This document shows positions 39,710 to 50,100 of a DNA stretch of 64,000 nt, piece by piece. The position numbers and the translations under genes are program-made. The DNA is from Candidatus Latescibacterota bacterium (lineage in GTDB: Bacteria > Latescibacterota > UBA2968), in contig OZ242010.1 in assembly GCA_965204745.1 (NCBI GenBank), forward strand, positions 3,456,001 to 3,520,000, read 5' to 3'. Within the stretch, counting starts at the first letter, position 1. Every line of letters starts with the position of its first letter. The notes beneath the pieces were generated by a model, which was given only the letters and a program-made list of their open reading frames with translations, was not told where the DNA came from and did no database searches.

Positions 39710-40306
39710 ATGATCGCGTTTTTAGAAGGGTTGCTCGTGGAAAAACACCCCACCCATGTGCTCATTGACGTGCAAGGCGTGGGCTATTATGTGCATATTT
39801 CATTGGCGAGTTACGAATCGCTCGCGGTCACAGATGGGCGCGTCAAAGTGCTCACGCATCTCTATGTGCGCGAAGATGCGATGGTGCTCTACGGGTTTAG
39901 CTCCATGTCCGAGCGCGATTTGTTTGAACGCCTGATCGCGGTATCGGGCATTGGCCCGCCCATGGCATTGAAAATTTTGTCCGGCATTCCCATTGCCGAT
40001 TTCAGGCGGTTGATCGCCTCTGAAGACGCACGCGGGCTGACGCGCATCAAGGGCATCGGTCAAAAACTCGCGCAGCGGTTGGTGTTGGAGATGAAGGACA
40101 AAATCGGCGATATCGCGCCAGAAGAGTTGACGCCCGATGCCATCGGACACGCGGACCCCGATGTGTTGGACGAAGCCACAGCGGCCCTGGCCGGCTTGGG
40201 CGCGAATCCAGTGCAAGCGCGCAAAATCGTCGCCACCGTGTTGAAGGATATGGGCGAAACCGCGGCGATTGAGGAAGTGATCAAACGCTCACTCAAGCGC
40301 ATTTAA
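39710..40306 (+). CDS. ruvA: RuvA
   Basis: [29 protein letters not shown]. Confidence 0.96.
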   Translation: MIAFLEGLLVEKHPTHVLIDVQGVGYYVHISLASYESLAVTDGRVKVLTHLYVREDAMVLYGFSSMSERDLFERLIAVSGIGPPMALKILSGIPIADFRRLIASEDARGLTRIKGIGQKLAQRLVLEMKDKIGDIAPEELTPDAIGHADPDVLDEATAALAGLGANPVQARKIVATVLKDMGETAAIEEVIKRSLKRI

Positions 40307-40319
40307 GCGAAGGCCGAGT

Positions 40320-41345
40320 ATGGACGAACGATTCACAGATCCCGAGTTTCAAGAGGGCGACGACTTTGAACGCGACCAGCGGCTTCGGCCCATTCGGTTT
40401 GACGATATGGTCGGGCAGGAAAAGGTGAAGGCGCATTTGCGGATTGCCGTCGAGGCCGCGCGCCATCGCAACGAGGCAATGGACCACGTTATCTTGCACG
40501 GCCCGCCCGGCTTGGGCAAGACCACGATGGCCTACGTCATCGCCCACGAACTCGGCGTGGAAATCCAAGTGACGTCCGGGCCCGTGTTGGAACGCCCGGC
40601 GGATCTCGCGGGCATTTTGACCAATTTGAACGAGAAGGACGTGTTGTTCATCGACGAGATCCACCGCATGAACCGCGTGGTCGAGGAACACCTGTATTCG
40701 GCGATGGAGGATTTTACGCTGGACATTATGATCGACAGCGGGCCGAGTGCGCGGTCGTATCAAATTCCGCTCGAACCCTTTACGCTGGTGGGCGCGACGA
40801 CGCGCATGGGCTTGCTCACCGCGCCGATGCGAACGCGCTTTGGGTTGCTCGAGCGCTTGGATTTTTATACGCCGGACGAGTTGCAGGCCATTGTGGTGCG
40901 GGCCGCGAGGATTTGGGGCATTGAGATCGAGTTGGATGCAGCGCGTGAAATCGCCCACAGGTCTCGGGGCACGGCGCGCATTGCCGGGCGGCAGTTGTCG
41001 CGGTCGCGCGATTACGCACAGGCGCGCGCCGATGGGATGATTACGCGGGAAGTCGCTGTCAAGGCGTTGGATTTGTTGGGCGTGGATGCCAAGGGCCTGG
41101 ACGAAATGGATCGGCGGTTGTTGGAAACCCTGATCGACAAGTTTGGCGGCGGGCCTGTGGGTCTCAACAATTTGGGGGCCGCGTTGAGCGAGGAGACAGA
41201 TACGCTCGAGGAAGTTTATGAACCCTATCTGATTCAGGAGGGGCTGCTCGTCCGCACGCATCGGGGGCGACAAGCCACGCCACGGGCGTATTTGCACTTG
41301 GGAAAAACACCGCCAAAAAACGACTCGCAAAACACATTGTTTTAG
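40320..41345 (+). CDS. ruvB: RuvB
   Basis: [28 protein letters not shown]. Confidence 0.98.
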   Translation: MDERFTDPEFQEGDDFERDQRLRPIRFDDMVGQEKVKAHLRIAVEAARHRNEAMDHVILHGPPGLGKTTMAYVIAHELGVEIQVTSGPVLERPADLAGILTNLNEKDVLFIDEIHRMNRVVEEHLYSAMEDFTLDIMIDSGPSARSYQIPLEPFTLVGATTRMGLLTAPMRTRFGLLERLDFYTPDELQAIVVRAARIWGIEIELDAAREIAHRSRGTARIAGRQLSRSRDYAQARADGMITREVAVKALDLLGVDAKGLDEMDRRLLETLIDKFGGGPVGLNNLGAALSEETDTLEEVYEPYLIQEGLLVRTHRGRQATPRAYLHLGKTPPKNDSQNTLF

Positions 41346-41356
41346 GGCATTGCAAA

Positions 41357-42046
41357 GTGACAAAAATTTTGGGTATTGAGACGTCAACGCCGGTGTGTAG
41401 CGTGGCTATCGCGTGCGCTGGCCGCGTGCTCGTGGAATACACCTTGGAATTGGGCGCGCACCATTCGGAGCGGTTGCAACCCATGATCGAACTCGCGTTG
41501 CGAGAAGCGGATTTGCGGGTCGGCGATCTCGATGGCGTGGCCGTGGCTGCCGGGCCGGGGTCATTTACGGGATTGCGAATTGGGATGGGCATGGCCAAAG
41601 GGTTGTGCCGAGGGGGGCATCTCAAATTGGCGTGCGTTTCCACGCTGGCGGGCATGGCGTTTGGCGCGGGCGTCGCGGGCGTGCCCGTGTGTCCCATGAT
41701 AGATGCGCGGCGCGGGGATGTGTATGCCGGGGTGTACGATCTCGTTGGGGGAATGCCGGTTTCGCGCATCGCTGCCCGCGCAGATGCCGTTTCCAACTGG
41801 GCGATGGCTCTGCCGCGCCCGGCGATGGTGGTGGGCGATGGCGCGTGGGCGTACCGCGAGGTGATTGAAGACGCGATGGGGCGAGAGGCGTATTTTGTCA
41901 ATGCCGCGTTGGGCCGCCCCAGTGCCGGGGCCATCGCGCTTTTGGGGCAGGCGCGTTGCGAACAGGGCGCGGGCGATGATGTGGCGCTTGCCGAGCCCGT
42001 TTATTTGCGCCGAACCCAAGCAGAACGCCTACGATTGGATGGCTAA
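41357..42046 (+). CDS. tsaB: t6A biosynthesis protein TsaB
   Basis: ILGIETST, HSERL, GPGSFTGLRIG, DARRG, EPVYLR. Confidence 0.95.
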   Translation: MTKILGIETSTPVCSVAIACAGRVLVEYTLELGAHHSERLQPMIELALREADLRVGDLDGVAVAAGPGSFTGLRIGMGMAKGLCRGGHLKLACVSTLAGMAFGAGVAGVPVCPMIDARRGDVYAGVYDLVGGMPVSRIAARADAVSNWAMALPRPAMVVGDGAWAYREVIEDAMGREAYFVNAALGRPSAGAIALLGQARCEQGAGDDVALAEPVYLRRTQAERLRLDG

Positions 42047-42533
42047 TCCCATGACGCTCGCGCCGATGACTCGCTCGCATCTCCGTCGGGTTACAGAGAT
42101 CGAACGCGCGGTTTTTTCCGCTCCGTGGACGCGGCGCGACTTTGCGCGTGCGCGAAAACGCAACCATGGGTTGTGCTGGGTCGCGCTGGTCAAACGCGAG
42201 GTCGCGGGCTATGTGGTCGGCTCTTTGATCGATGGGGAATTTCATCTGGAGAACTTTGCTATCGCGCCCTGTTTTCAGCACGAGGGCTTGGGACAAAAAA
42301 CGCTCCAAGCCGCGGTTGACCAGCTAGAGACAAAGGCGCGGGTGATTTCGTTGGAAGTGCGAATGTCCAATCGCGCGGCCATTGATCTGTACAAAAAGAT
42401 GGGTTTTGAGACCGTGGCGATCCAACAAGCCTATTACGCCCACCCACGCGAAGATGCCCTGGTCATGCTCAAACCGCTCAAGACTCGCTTGTCCGAGTGG
42501 GTGATGTTTCAAACCGATCAGAGGTTGTTTTAG
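42039..42533 (+). CDS. rimI: Ribosomal-protein N-acetyltransferase RimI
   Basis: IERAVFSAPW, LEVRMSN..AIDLYKKMGF, YY..EDALVM; follows tsaB. Confidence 0.9.
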   Translation: MANPMTLAPMTRSHLRRVTEIERAVFSAPWTRRDFARARKRNHGLCWVALVKREVAGYVVGSLIDGEFHLENFAIAPCFQHEGLGQKTLQAAVDQLETKARVISLEVRMSNRAAIDLYKKMGFETVAIQQAYYAHPREDALVMLKPLKTRLSEWVMFQTDQRLF

Positions 42534-42562
42534 GTTGTGTTGAGACAACAACTCAAAAGTCC

Positions 42563-42603
42563 AAAAAAAAAGGAGCGAGCCCCCGTGACTCGCTCCTTTT
42601 TTT
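42563..42603. terminator. Bidirectional intrinsic terminator
   Basis: A-tract + GGAGCGAG-loop-CTCGCTCC + T-tract between convergent rimI and rpn. Confidence 0.88.
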
Positions 42604-42625
42604 GATCATTCAGCGGAAAATCGCG

Positions 42626-43579
42626 TCAGGCCTCCGCATCCAACACGCGCTGAAATGCCTCCAGATCATCCACTTGCACCGCTGCGCGATGCAACTGCTT
42701 GAGCCGCTGCAAATCGTCGATGACCGCAATGCGATCGGCGAATTGTCCGGCCACACCCGCATCAAAGCGAATCTCCAACGCTTCTCGGATGCTCTCTTGG
42801 ATACCCTGCTCAATGCCCTGCTCAATGCCCTGCTCAATGCCCTGCTCAATGCCCTGCTCGATGAACTGTTCCTTGAACTGTTCCTGGATCTGTTCCTTGA
42901 GGTATTGGGCAAACGATGATTCACGCATAATCGCGTCCATAAGACCCTCCTGCGAAATAATTCTCGTGATGATGGTCGGCTTATACGCCAACCCACTCAA
43001 GACCGCCAAACTGCCCAAAAAGTCAACCTTATCTGCCTGATCCAACGATACGGCATCGGTCTTGCGAATGCACTGACGCAACCAGTCCTCGGAACCCATC
43101 CCCGCAGGACGCTTCATCAACGGCGCGAAAGGAAGCAAGCCCGGATGATCATCCTCGATAATACCTTGCCCCTCTATCTCGCTCAACCGAAAAACCTTGT
43201 ACTCCACAAAGACGCGATGACCCGGAAGTTTTTGCGCGTAGTAGCCTTCATCGCGGCGCCCGGCATTGGGACGCAGGTAGATCACAAAGGAATAGACCGG
43301 CAAGCCATACTGCTCGATGAGTCGGATGATATAGACCGCCATGCGGAGCGGCATCGGTTTGTCCGCGCTGTCCGTCGTTTGAAATTCGATGTGGACCAAT
43401 GCTTTCTCGCCATTGATCCGCACGCGAAGCAAGCTATCGGTTCGGCGCGTTTCGACCGTGGGGAGTTCGGTTTCGAGAATCTCATCGACCTCGACGTCAG
43501 CACGTCCGAGGATGAAACGGACGATGTCTTGCGCGTGAGTTCGAATCAGGTGTTTGGAAATCGTGTCGTACTTTGCCAT
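42626..43579 (-). CDS. Rpn family (PD-(D/E)XK, recombination-promoting nuclease/putative transposase) protein
   Basis: YD...RTDSLL...HIEFQT...MPLRM..Y; C-terminal (EQGI)n repeats and 'LEIRF' helical tail. Confidence 0.85.
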   Translation of the reverse strand: MAKYDTISKHLIRTHAQDIVRFILGRADVEVDEILETELPTVETRRTDSLLRVRINGEKALVHIEFQTTDSADKPMPLRMAVYIIRLIEQYGLPVYSFVIYLRPNAGRRDEGYYAQKLPGHRVFVEYKVFRLSEIEGQGIIEDDHPGLLPFAPLMKRPAGMGSEDWLRQCIRKTDAVSLDQADKVDFLGSLAVLSGLAYKPTIITRIISQEGLMDAIMRESSFAQYLKEQIQEQFKEQFIEQGIEQGIEQGIEQGIEQGIQESIREALEIRFDAGVAGQFADRIAVIDDLQRLKQLHRAAVQVDDLEAFQRVLDAEA

Positions 43580-43662
43580 GTGGACACCTCTGAATATGGT
43601 GAAAAAAAAGAAATAGGAACGACATCTGCAACAACGCGACCATAACGATCCCGCACCTTAAT

Positions 43663-43691
43663 AGTATATGCTGATGGGCAGGCAATGTCAA
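43663..43691 (-). promoter_or_regulatory. sigma70 promoter TTGACA-N17-TATACT for rpn
   Basis: Near-perfect consensus on the minus strand. Confidence 0.75.
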
Positions 43692-43703
43692 CTCGGGTTT
43701 TTT

Positions 43704-45179
43704 TTAGTCGCTGATCCGCTGAAATTTCTCAAAGGCTTCCGCCCAGGCGTCCGCGTCAGTTGGGCGATACGTTTTGATGGGGGTTGAGGCGCGCACGATG
43801 GCGCGCAGGTCGCCGAGGGAGGCGATTTGCCCTTTGCCCATGGCCTGCATCAACAAATTGCCCATGGCCGTGGCTTCCGCAGGGCCCGACAACACGGCCC
43901 GCCCGGTTGCAGACGCGATGAATTGACACAAGAGGGTGTTGTGGATGCCCCCGCCCACGATGTGAATGTCGGCTAGGGGTTTGCCGAGCGCGTCTTCGAG
44001 TTGACTGAGAACGCTGCGGCATTTGAGGGCCAGGCTTTCGAGGGCCGTGCGGATGATCGCGCCTTCGCTGTCCGGCACGATTTGATGCGTGCGAGTGCAG
44101 AAGTCGCGGATGCGCGCGGGCATGTCCCCGGGCGTGCCAAAGTCCGCGTGGTCCGGGTCGATGAATGACGCGAGGGCCTCCGCGTCTAGGGCGAGGGCCA
44201 TCAGTTGTTCCCACGAATAGTCGTTGCCCGCCAATGCCCAGACGCGGCGGCACTCTTGCACGATCCACAGGCCGGAGATGTTTTTCAAAAACCGAATGGT
44301 GTTATCAACCCCGCCCTCGTTGGTGAAGTTATGCGCGAGGGCTTTTTCATTGATCGCCGGTTCGGTCAGTTCCGCGCCCATCAACGCCCAGGTGCCGCAA
44401 CTGATATAGACCGCATCGGCCGAGGACATGGGCGCGGCCGCGACCGCGGATCCCGTGTCGTGACACGCCGGCGCGATCACGTCGATGGGCGGTATGCCCA
44501 TGTCGTCGGCAATGGTTTTGCGGATGGGGCCGAGCACAGTGCCGGGCGGGACGACATCTAATAGCATGCCGGTGGGAATGTCGAGGGCGCGGAGCATCTC
44601 CGTTGCCCAGGCGCGTTGGCGCGGGTTGTAAAATTGCGTGGTGGTGGCGTTGGAATATTCGCAGACTTTTTGACCCGTGAACCAGAAGTTGAACAGGTCC
44701 GGCATGGTGAGAAAGGTGCGCGCCATGTCGAGTTGGGGCGATTGTGCGAGCCGCTGCGCCAAAAGTTGATAGAGGGTGTTGAGTTCCATAAATTGAATGC
44801 CGGTTTGTTCGAATATCGCTTTGCGCGAGACGCGCTCAAAGGCTTTGCCGAGCATGCCCTGCGTGCGCGTGTCCCGATAACAATAGGGGTTGCCGAGCAA
44901 GTTGTCGTGCGCGTCGAGCAAGCCGTAATCGACCCCCCATGTGTCGCAGCCCATGCCAGAAAGCGGTTCGCCCGCCCGCAGGGCCAAGCGCAAGCCGGTT
45001 CGCATTTCGTCAAACAGGCGCAGGGCATCCCAATAATAGCTGTTGCCAATGGGGATGCCCCGATTGGGAAAGCGGTGAATTTCTTCGATGTCGAGACGCG
45101 CCCCATCAAACCGCCCCAAAACCGCCCGGCCACTGGACGCGCCCAAGTCATACGCGAGGTAATTAGTCGTCATCGCCAT
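43704..45179 (-). CDS. rhaB: Rhamnulokinase / FGGY sugar kinase
   Basis: DLGASSGR, DTWGVDY, HDTGSAV, TNEGG, KNISGLW, EATAMGN. Confidence 0.88.
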   Translation of the reverse strand: MAMTTNYLAYDLGASSGRAVLGRFDGARLDIEEIHRFPNRGIPIGNSYYWDALRLFDEMRTGLRLALRAGEPLSGMGCDTWGVDYGLLDAHDNLLGNPYCYRDTRTQGMLGKAFERVSRKAIFEQTGIQFMELNTLYQLLAQRLAQSPQLDMARTFLTMPDLFNFWFTGQKVCEYSNATTTQFYNPRQRAWATEMLRALDIPTGMLLDVVPPGTVLGPIRKTIADDMGIPPIDVIAPACHDTGSAVAAAPMSSADAVYISCGTWALMGAELTEPAINEKALAHNFTNEGGVDNTIRFLKNISGLWIVQECRRVWALAGNDYSWEQLMALALDAEALASFIDPDHADFGTPGDMPARIRDFCTRTHQIVPDSEGAIIRTALESLALKCRSVLSQLEDALGKPLADIHIVGGGIHNTLLCQFIASATGRAVLSGPAEATAMGNLLMQAMGKGQIASLGDLRAIVRASTPIKTYRPTDADAWAEAFEKFQRISD

Positions 45180-45247
45180 AAATAACCTCCCATTGCAAGG
45201 CCATTCTCCAACCCGATTTTTTATTGTGTTTGCACGATGCAGTCGCT

Positions 45248-45275
45248 ATTATAGAACGCGGTTGTAGCGTGTCAA
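45248..45275 (-). promoter_or_regulatory. sigma70 promoter TTGACA-N16-TATAAT for rhaB
   Basis: Both hexamers perfect on the minus strand. Confidence 0.75.
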
Positions 45276-45346
45276 GTATTGTATTGGGCACTGCTTGTTT
45301 GAACGGCAAGGCGTCCCCAAAAAAATGAAAAACGCAGGTGATTTTT

Positions 45347-46486
45347 ATGACTTATGACGCAATCGTATTGGGCGCGGGGATCAATGGGTGCGGTGTTGCA
45401 GGCGAACTCGCAGAGCGCGGGCAACGGGTGCTCATACTGGATAAAGGCGAGATCGGCGGGGGAACGTCGTCTAAGTCGTCTCGCTTGATCCACGGGGGCT
45501 TGCGGTATTTGGAGACGATGCAATTTGGCATGGTGCGCGAGGCATTGGCAGATCGTCTCGCCCTTTTGGGCCGCTATCCAGAACTCGTTTCGATGCGGCC
45601 TTTTTACGTGCCCATTTACCGGCTGAGCCCGCGCCCGGCGTGGCGGTTGTGGACCGGGATCAAGCTCTATGACGCGCTGGCCGGGCGGCGCAATGTCTAT
45701 CGGTCGCGCAAGGTGTCGCGCAAGCGATTTGCCCGCGAATTTCCCGCGATCAAGCGAGATGGGCTTCGGGCGGTCTTGCGGTATTACGATGGCAAGACGC
45801 ATGATCTGGCCTTGACGAGGCGCGTGGCAGAAGACGTGCGGGCGATGGGATGCGCGGTTTGCGAGCGGGTCGAGGTGCAACAGGTGGCGTGGGACGAGCG
45901 CGGCTTTGCCGTATCGGTCGGCGGGGAGACAGTCACCAGTCGCATTTTGGTCAATGCCACGGGGCCGTGGATCGACGAGGTGACAGCGCGGTATGGGTTG
46001 CCCTCGCGGTTTCAGATTCGCAAGGTGAGCGGGGTTCACATTTTCGTCGCGGGATTGCTCGCCCCCGCGCCCCTGTTTTTGCAGACGGGAAGCAAGCGCG
46101 TTTTTTTTGTTATACCGGAACCGGAGCGCGATCAGACCATGATCGGCACAACCGAGCGCGAAGAGCATGGGGCGGTCGATGACGTGCGGGTGCGAGACTC
46201 CGAGGTCGATTATTTGATTCGAGAAGTGAATGCGTACTTGCGCCCCCACTGCCGGTTGCAACGCGCAGACATAACCGACGCCATCGTGGGCGTGCGCCCT
46301 TTGGTAAAACAAAAAGGCGAGGCCACGGATCTCTCGCGGGAATGCGAACTGGATTTGCACACCCGCGGGAACGCGCAACTGCTCAATGTGTTCGGCGGCA
46401 AACTGACCTCGTATTTGTCCCTGTCGCGCCGCGTAGTCGATACGCTCGGCATCGAGGCGATGACGCATGTGGCCCTTCGCGCATGA
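45347..46486 (+). CDS. GlpD-like FAD-dependent oxidoreductase (short form)
   Basis: GAGING, GTSSKSSRLIHGGLRYLE, VNATGPW, GVRPL, GGKLTSY. Confidence 0.85.
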   Translation: MTYDAIVLGAGINGCGVAGELAERGQRVLILDKGEIGGGTSSKSSRLIHGGLRYLETMQFGMVREALADRLALLGRYPELVSMRPFYVPIYRLSPRPAWRLWTGIKLYDALAGRRNVYRSRKVSRKRFAREFPAIKRDGLRAVLRYYDGKTHDLALTRRVAEDVRAMGCAVCERVEVQQVAWDERGFAVSVGGETVTSRILVNATGPWIDEVTARYGLPSRFQIRKVSGVHIFVAGLLAPAPLFLQTGSKRVFFVIPEPERDQTMIGTTEREEHGAVDDVRVRDSEVDYLIREVNAYLRPHCRLQRADITDAIVGVRPLVKQKGEATDLSRECELDLHTRGNAQLLNVFGGKLTSYLSLSRRVVDTLGIEAMTHVALRA

Positions 46487-46508
46487 TGTTGCTTTTTGGG
46501 AGAAAGAG

Positions 46509-47921
46509 ATGACCGAAAAATTGGACGATTTTAAGACCGCGGTTTTGCCCGAGCGCAAATTTGGATTTTGGCAGATGGCCGGGCCGGGTGCGATTTTGGT
46601 GGGGCTATCTATCGGCGCGGGCGAGATCATCGTGTGGCCCTTGGTCGTCGCCGAGTACGGGGCGAGCATGATTTGGGCCGCTGTGTTGGGCGTGTTTTTG
46701 CAGATGTGGATCAACTTCGAGGTGGGGCGTTGGACCATTGCCACGGGCGAGACGGTTTATACGGGATTTGCGCGCGTGTGGCGCGGGTTTGCACCGCTGT
46801 TCATCGCGATCACCCTGTTTTCGTGGATCGCACCCGGGTGGGCGCGCGCGTCGGGGCTGGCCCTCAAAGCCCTGCTGGTCGGCCCGCAGGGTTGGGGATC
46901 GGATGCGTTTTGGACCGCGATCACCTTTGCCGGCGTCGCGCTGATTTTGTTCGGCCCCAAGTTGATTTACAATTCCATGGAAAAGGCCATCGAGTTGATG
47001 GTGCTGATCGTCACTGCGGGGTTGATCATGGTCGCCTTTGCCGTGGGCACGGCTGAAACGTGGGTCGAGCTCGGCAAGGGGGTTGCGAATGTGGGGTACA
47101 AAGACCCGAATATGTCGGTCAAAGCCCTGTTCATCGCCATTGTATTTGCCGGCGCCGGGGGAACGGCGAATTTGTTTTACACCTTTTATTTGCGGGACAA
47201 ACACATCGGCATGGGCGCGCATGTGCCGATCATGCAAAATCCATTGCGCGGGCGCGCAGAGGCCATTCCATCGACGGGATTTACATTTGAAGAAACAGAG
47301 GAAAACGCGGCGCGGTTCAAGGCGTGGTGGGATTACATAAAGAAAGATCAGATGTTGTTTTTCTGGGGGCTCAATTCCGTGACCATGATGCTGTTCATTT
47401 TTGGGTCCCTCGCAGTGCTGCATCCCCAAGGCATCGTGCCGGCCAGCGGCACCCTGATTTGGGACGAGGCCGCGATTTTGGGCGAGGTTTGGGGCGATAT
47501 GGGGCGCGTGATTTTTCTGTTGGTGGGGCTGGCAACCCTGTTTGGCACGCAACTCGCCCTCGTCGATGGGGTCTCGCGGTCCATCGCGGACATCGTTTAT
47601 ACCAATTTTAAGGGCGCGCAAAAACGCGACTTGAGTTGGTGGTATTTGCTCGTGGCGGGAATCTGGATCGCGGCCGGTTGCGCGATCACGTTTGTGATGG
47701 AACAATACGGCGTGAGCGAGTTGGGCTTTTTGTTCAACGCGGCCTATATGGGCGGATTCGCCATGGCGATTTACGTACCCCTGATGCTGTACATCAACCG
47801 CCGCTATTTGCCCAAAACCGCCCGCCCGAGCAAAGTCTGCACCGCGATGATGATCCTCGCATCGCTGGTCTATATCGCATTCGCTATCGCCTGCGCGCTG
47901 TGGGAATTGGGGATTGGATAA
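46509..47921 (+). CDS. Nramp/YcsG-like membrane transporter
   Basis: GPGAILVGLSIGAGE motif and about 11 TM segments. Confidence 0.8.
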   Translation: MTEKLDDFKTAVLPERKFGFWQMAGPGAILVGLSIGAGEIIVWPLVVAEYGASMIWAAVLGVFLQMWINFEVGRWTIATGETVYTGFARVWRGFAPLFIAITLFSWIAPGWARASGLALKALLVGPQGWGSDAFWTAITFAGVALILFGPKLIYNSMEKAIELMVLIVTAGLIMVAFAVGTAETWVELGKGVANVGYKDPNMSVKALFIAIVFAGAGGTANLFYTFYLRDKHIGMGAHVPIMQNPLRGRAEAIPSTGFTFEETEENAARFKAWWDYIKKDQMLFFWGLNSVTMMLFIFGSLAVLHPQGIVPASGTLIWDEAAILGEVWGDMGRVIFLLVGLATLFGTQLALVDGVSRSIADIVYTNFKGAQKRDLSWWYLLVAGIWIAAGCAITFVMEQYGVSELGFLFNAAYMGGFAMAIYVPLMLYINRRYLPKTARPSKVCTAMMILASLVYIAFAIACALWELGIG

Positions 47922-48006
47922 AAGGAACTTGGAAAGAAGCGGTCAATCGGGATAATGTGGTTGCGGGTTCTCTGCCAGCACCCATTCCTATCTTAATGAC
48001 AACGAA

Positions 48007-48041
48007 AGAAGGGTTATGCCCCATTCGGCATAACCCTTTAC
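48007..48041. terminator. Hairpin terminator between the convergent transporter and tRNA
   Basis: AAGGGTTATGCC-loop-GGCATAACCCTT. Confidence 0.75.
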
Positions 48042-48053
48042 GTATTCTAGATA

Positions 48054-48140
48054 TGGTGCCGAAGGTGGGATTCGAACCCACACGGGCCTAAGCCCACGGC
48101 GCCCTGAACGCCGCACGTCTACCAGTTCCATCACTTCGGC
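48054..48140 (-). tRNA. tRNA-Leu(CAG)
   Basis: GCCGAAG acceptor stem, anticodon arm CGGCG-TTCAGGG-CGCCG, long variable arm, GGTTCGAATCC, encoded CCA. Confidence 0.96.
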
Positions 48141-48155
48141 ACCTGACGTAAAACC

Positions 48156-48184
48156 AATATATCAAATCCCCCTGTCATTGTCAA
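48156..48184 (-). promoter_or_regulatory. tRNA promoter TTGACA-N17-TATATT
   Basis: Consensus spacing, 15 nt upstream of the tRNA. Confidence 0.7.
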
Positions 48185-48193
48185 GCGGGCGAA

Positions 48194-49153
48194 TTACGGC
48201 AGGGCAGTTAGAGCCGCGAACATGGCTTTGATGTAGCCCACGGAATAGGCCAAGCCCCCGGTGACGGGCGGATGGTCGCCTTCGAGCGCGGGAATGTGGT
48301 CCGGATTGAGGCAACCGTCAAATCCCACGCGCTCGAGTTCGAGCAACAGCTTAAACATGTTCATATCCCCATCGTCGAGCAGGGTTTCTTCAAAGCCGCG
48401 TGCCGTAGCCAAAGAGCCGCGCACATTGCGGAAATGCACCATGAAGATGCGGCCCTTGCGCCCGTAGTTGTTGATTTCGTCCAGCACGAGCGGGGAGCCG
48501 CCCGCTTCGGCGCGTGTGCCACAACAATAGAGATAGCCCACTTGCGGGCTTGGGAAAGCGTCGATGACTCGGTGAAACCCCAGTCCCCCAAGCGGCGTGT
48601 CTGGGTTGGGCGTGTCGGACGGGTGAATGGCGAGTTTGATGCCGGTTTCGTCGGCGATAGACACGAGGCGTTCATACACCGCGCAAAAGTGTTGCCACCA
48701 GTCTTGGAGCGCGTCGTAATCCGGGGTTTCCGGCACGGGGCGAGTCAGGGCTTGGCTCTCGCCGCGCGAGCGGTACCCGCCTCGGTGTTCGGACGAATAG
48801 CGAAACATGAGTTCGTTGAACGTGTCGCCCCAAAAGCGTTGTCGGGCAATGGGCACGCCCGCTTCGGCAAAGACGCGCAGTGCGCGACACGTATTTTCGA
48901 GTTCTCGCTCTCCGCCGGGGCGATCTCTCATAAATTTTTCCGACATATCGGGCAGGGTGACGCGGTTGATCGACAGGCCCCAGGACTGGAATTTTTTCTT
49001 CAGTTTGAGGAGTTCGTCCAAGTCCGGATACCCCTGTTCTGCGACGCCGGGCATGTCTGCATCGCGCCCAAAGTCGATGCAGTCCGCGCCGAGTTGGGTG
49101 ACGAAGCGGAGATAGGAGTCGGACAGTTCGCGGTGCCACACGGAAATTTTCAT
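48194..49153 (-). CDS. Mannonate dehydratase (UxuA)-like protein
   Basis: LAIHPSD, YCCGT, VHFRNVRG, FEE..DDGD, PDHIP, AYSVGYIKA; SD AGGAGG. Confidence 0.82.
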   Translation of the reverse strand: MKISVWHRELSDSYLRFVTQLGADCIDFGRDADMPGVAEQGYPDLDELLKLKKKFQSWGLSINRVTLPDMSEKFMRDRPGGERELENTCRALRVFAEAGVPIARQRFWGDTFNELMFRYSSEHRGGYRSRGESQALTRPVPETPDYDALQDWWQHFCAVYERLVSIADETGIKLAIHPSDTPNPDTPLGGLGFHRVIDAFPSPQVGYLYCCGTRAEAGGSPLVLDEINNYGRKGRIFMVHFRNVRGSLATARGFEETLLDDGDMNMFKLLLELERVGFDGCLNPDHIPALEGDHPPVTGGLAYSVGYIKAMFAALTALP

Positions 49154-50100
49154 CATGACCTCCTGATGTTGCGGGTTGCGGTTCTGAGGATGAGCCAAAG
49201 CGCGTAGGTCGCGCAAATGAGCATCGCGGAATTGACGAGGTGGAGCACTTGAAACACCCGGGGCAGGCCCCCATAAGCCAGCGCGATGCCGGAGCCTGCT
49301 TGACAAACGATGAGCGTCAGCGCGAGATAACACGTCATTTTGAGCACGCCGCCGATCTTGCGGACGATGTGGGCGAGATAGGCGGCAATCCCAAGTACGG
49401 CCCAGGTGAACGAGCGGTGGATGTGGTCGATGACGCCGATATTGGCGATCCAAGCACTGCGAGCGACCCCGCCGCTGTTTTTGATGTAGGGATCGATGGC
49501 TTCGCGCACCTGCGTGCCCAGCAGCATTTGAATACACACCACGGCAAAGAGCACTCCAGAGAGCCGCGCGAGTACGTTGGGCGCGGGCAACGCATCGGGC
49601 AGGCGGATGTCAACCGCGCGCAAGGCGACGTAGAGCAACGCGCACAAGAGCACCATCGCGCCTGCCATGTGCAGGGTAATGACCCCGGGTTTGAGGCCCG
49701 ATTTGACGACCTGCCCGCCGAGCCAGCCCTCAAAGCCGACGAGAAAGACCGCCGCGAGCGACCCGTAGAAAATCGCGGGATGGGTTCGCCGATACGGAAT
49801 CGCACGCAAAAACGTGGCGATGACCAACACCCCGATGAGCATGCCGACCAACCGGTTGATGTATTCGATCCACATCTTGACCGGGTTGAAGTCCGCGAGG
49901 TCTAGCCCGCGTTTTGCCAGATAATCGGCGTCAATTTCCGCAACGCTCGCCGGTGGAAACCAACTCCCCCAGCACCGAGGCCAGTCCGGACACCCCAATC
50001 CCGCACCCGAGACGCGCACGAGACTTCCCACCCCAATGAGGACGAGAATCGCAATGAGAGTCGCTATCGCGGTTTTTTGAAATGCGTTCATCCCGTTCAC
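49153..50100 (-). CDS. ctaA: COX15/CtaA heme A synthase-like protein
   Basis: GLGCPDWPRC, EYINRL, LH, HR motifs; 8 TM. Confidence 0.82.
   Translation of the reverse strand: MNGMNAFQKTAIATLIAILVLIGVGSLVRVSGAGLGCPDWPRCWGSWFPPASVAEIDADYLAKRGLDLADFNPVKMWIEYINRLVGMLIGVLVIATFLRAIPYRRTHPAIFYGSLAAVFLVGFEGWLGGQVVKSGLKPGVITLHMAGAMVLLCALLYVALRAVDIRLPDALPAPNVLARLSGVLFAVVCIQMLLGTQVREAIDPYIKNSGGVARSAWIANIGVIDHIHRSFTWAVLGIAAYLAHIVRKIGGVLKMTCYLALTLIVCQAGSGIALAYGGLPRVFQVLHLVNSAMLICATYALWLILRTATRNIRRS

Noticed and set aside
47922-48054. Integrative element at the tRNA-Leu 3' end
   Set aside because: No integrase nearby and no duplicate of the tRNA 3' end seen in the window.
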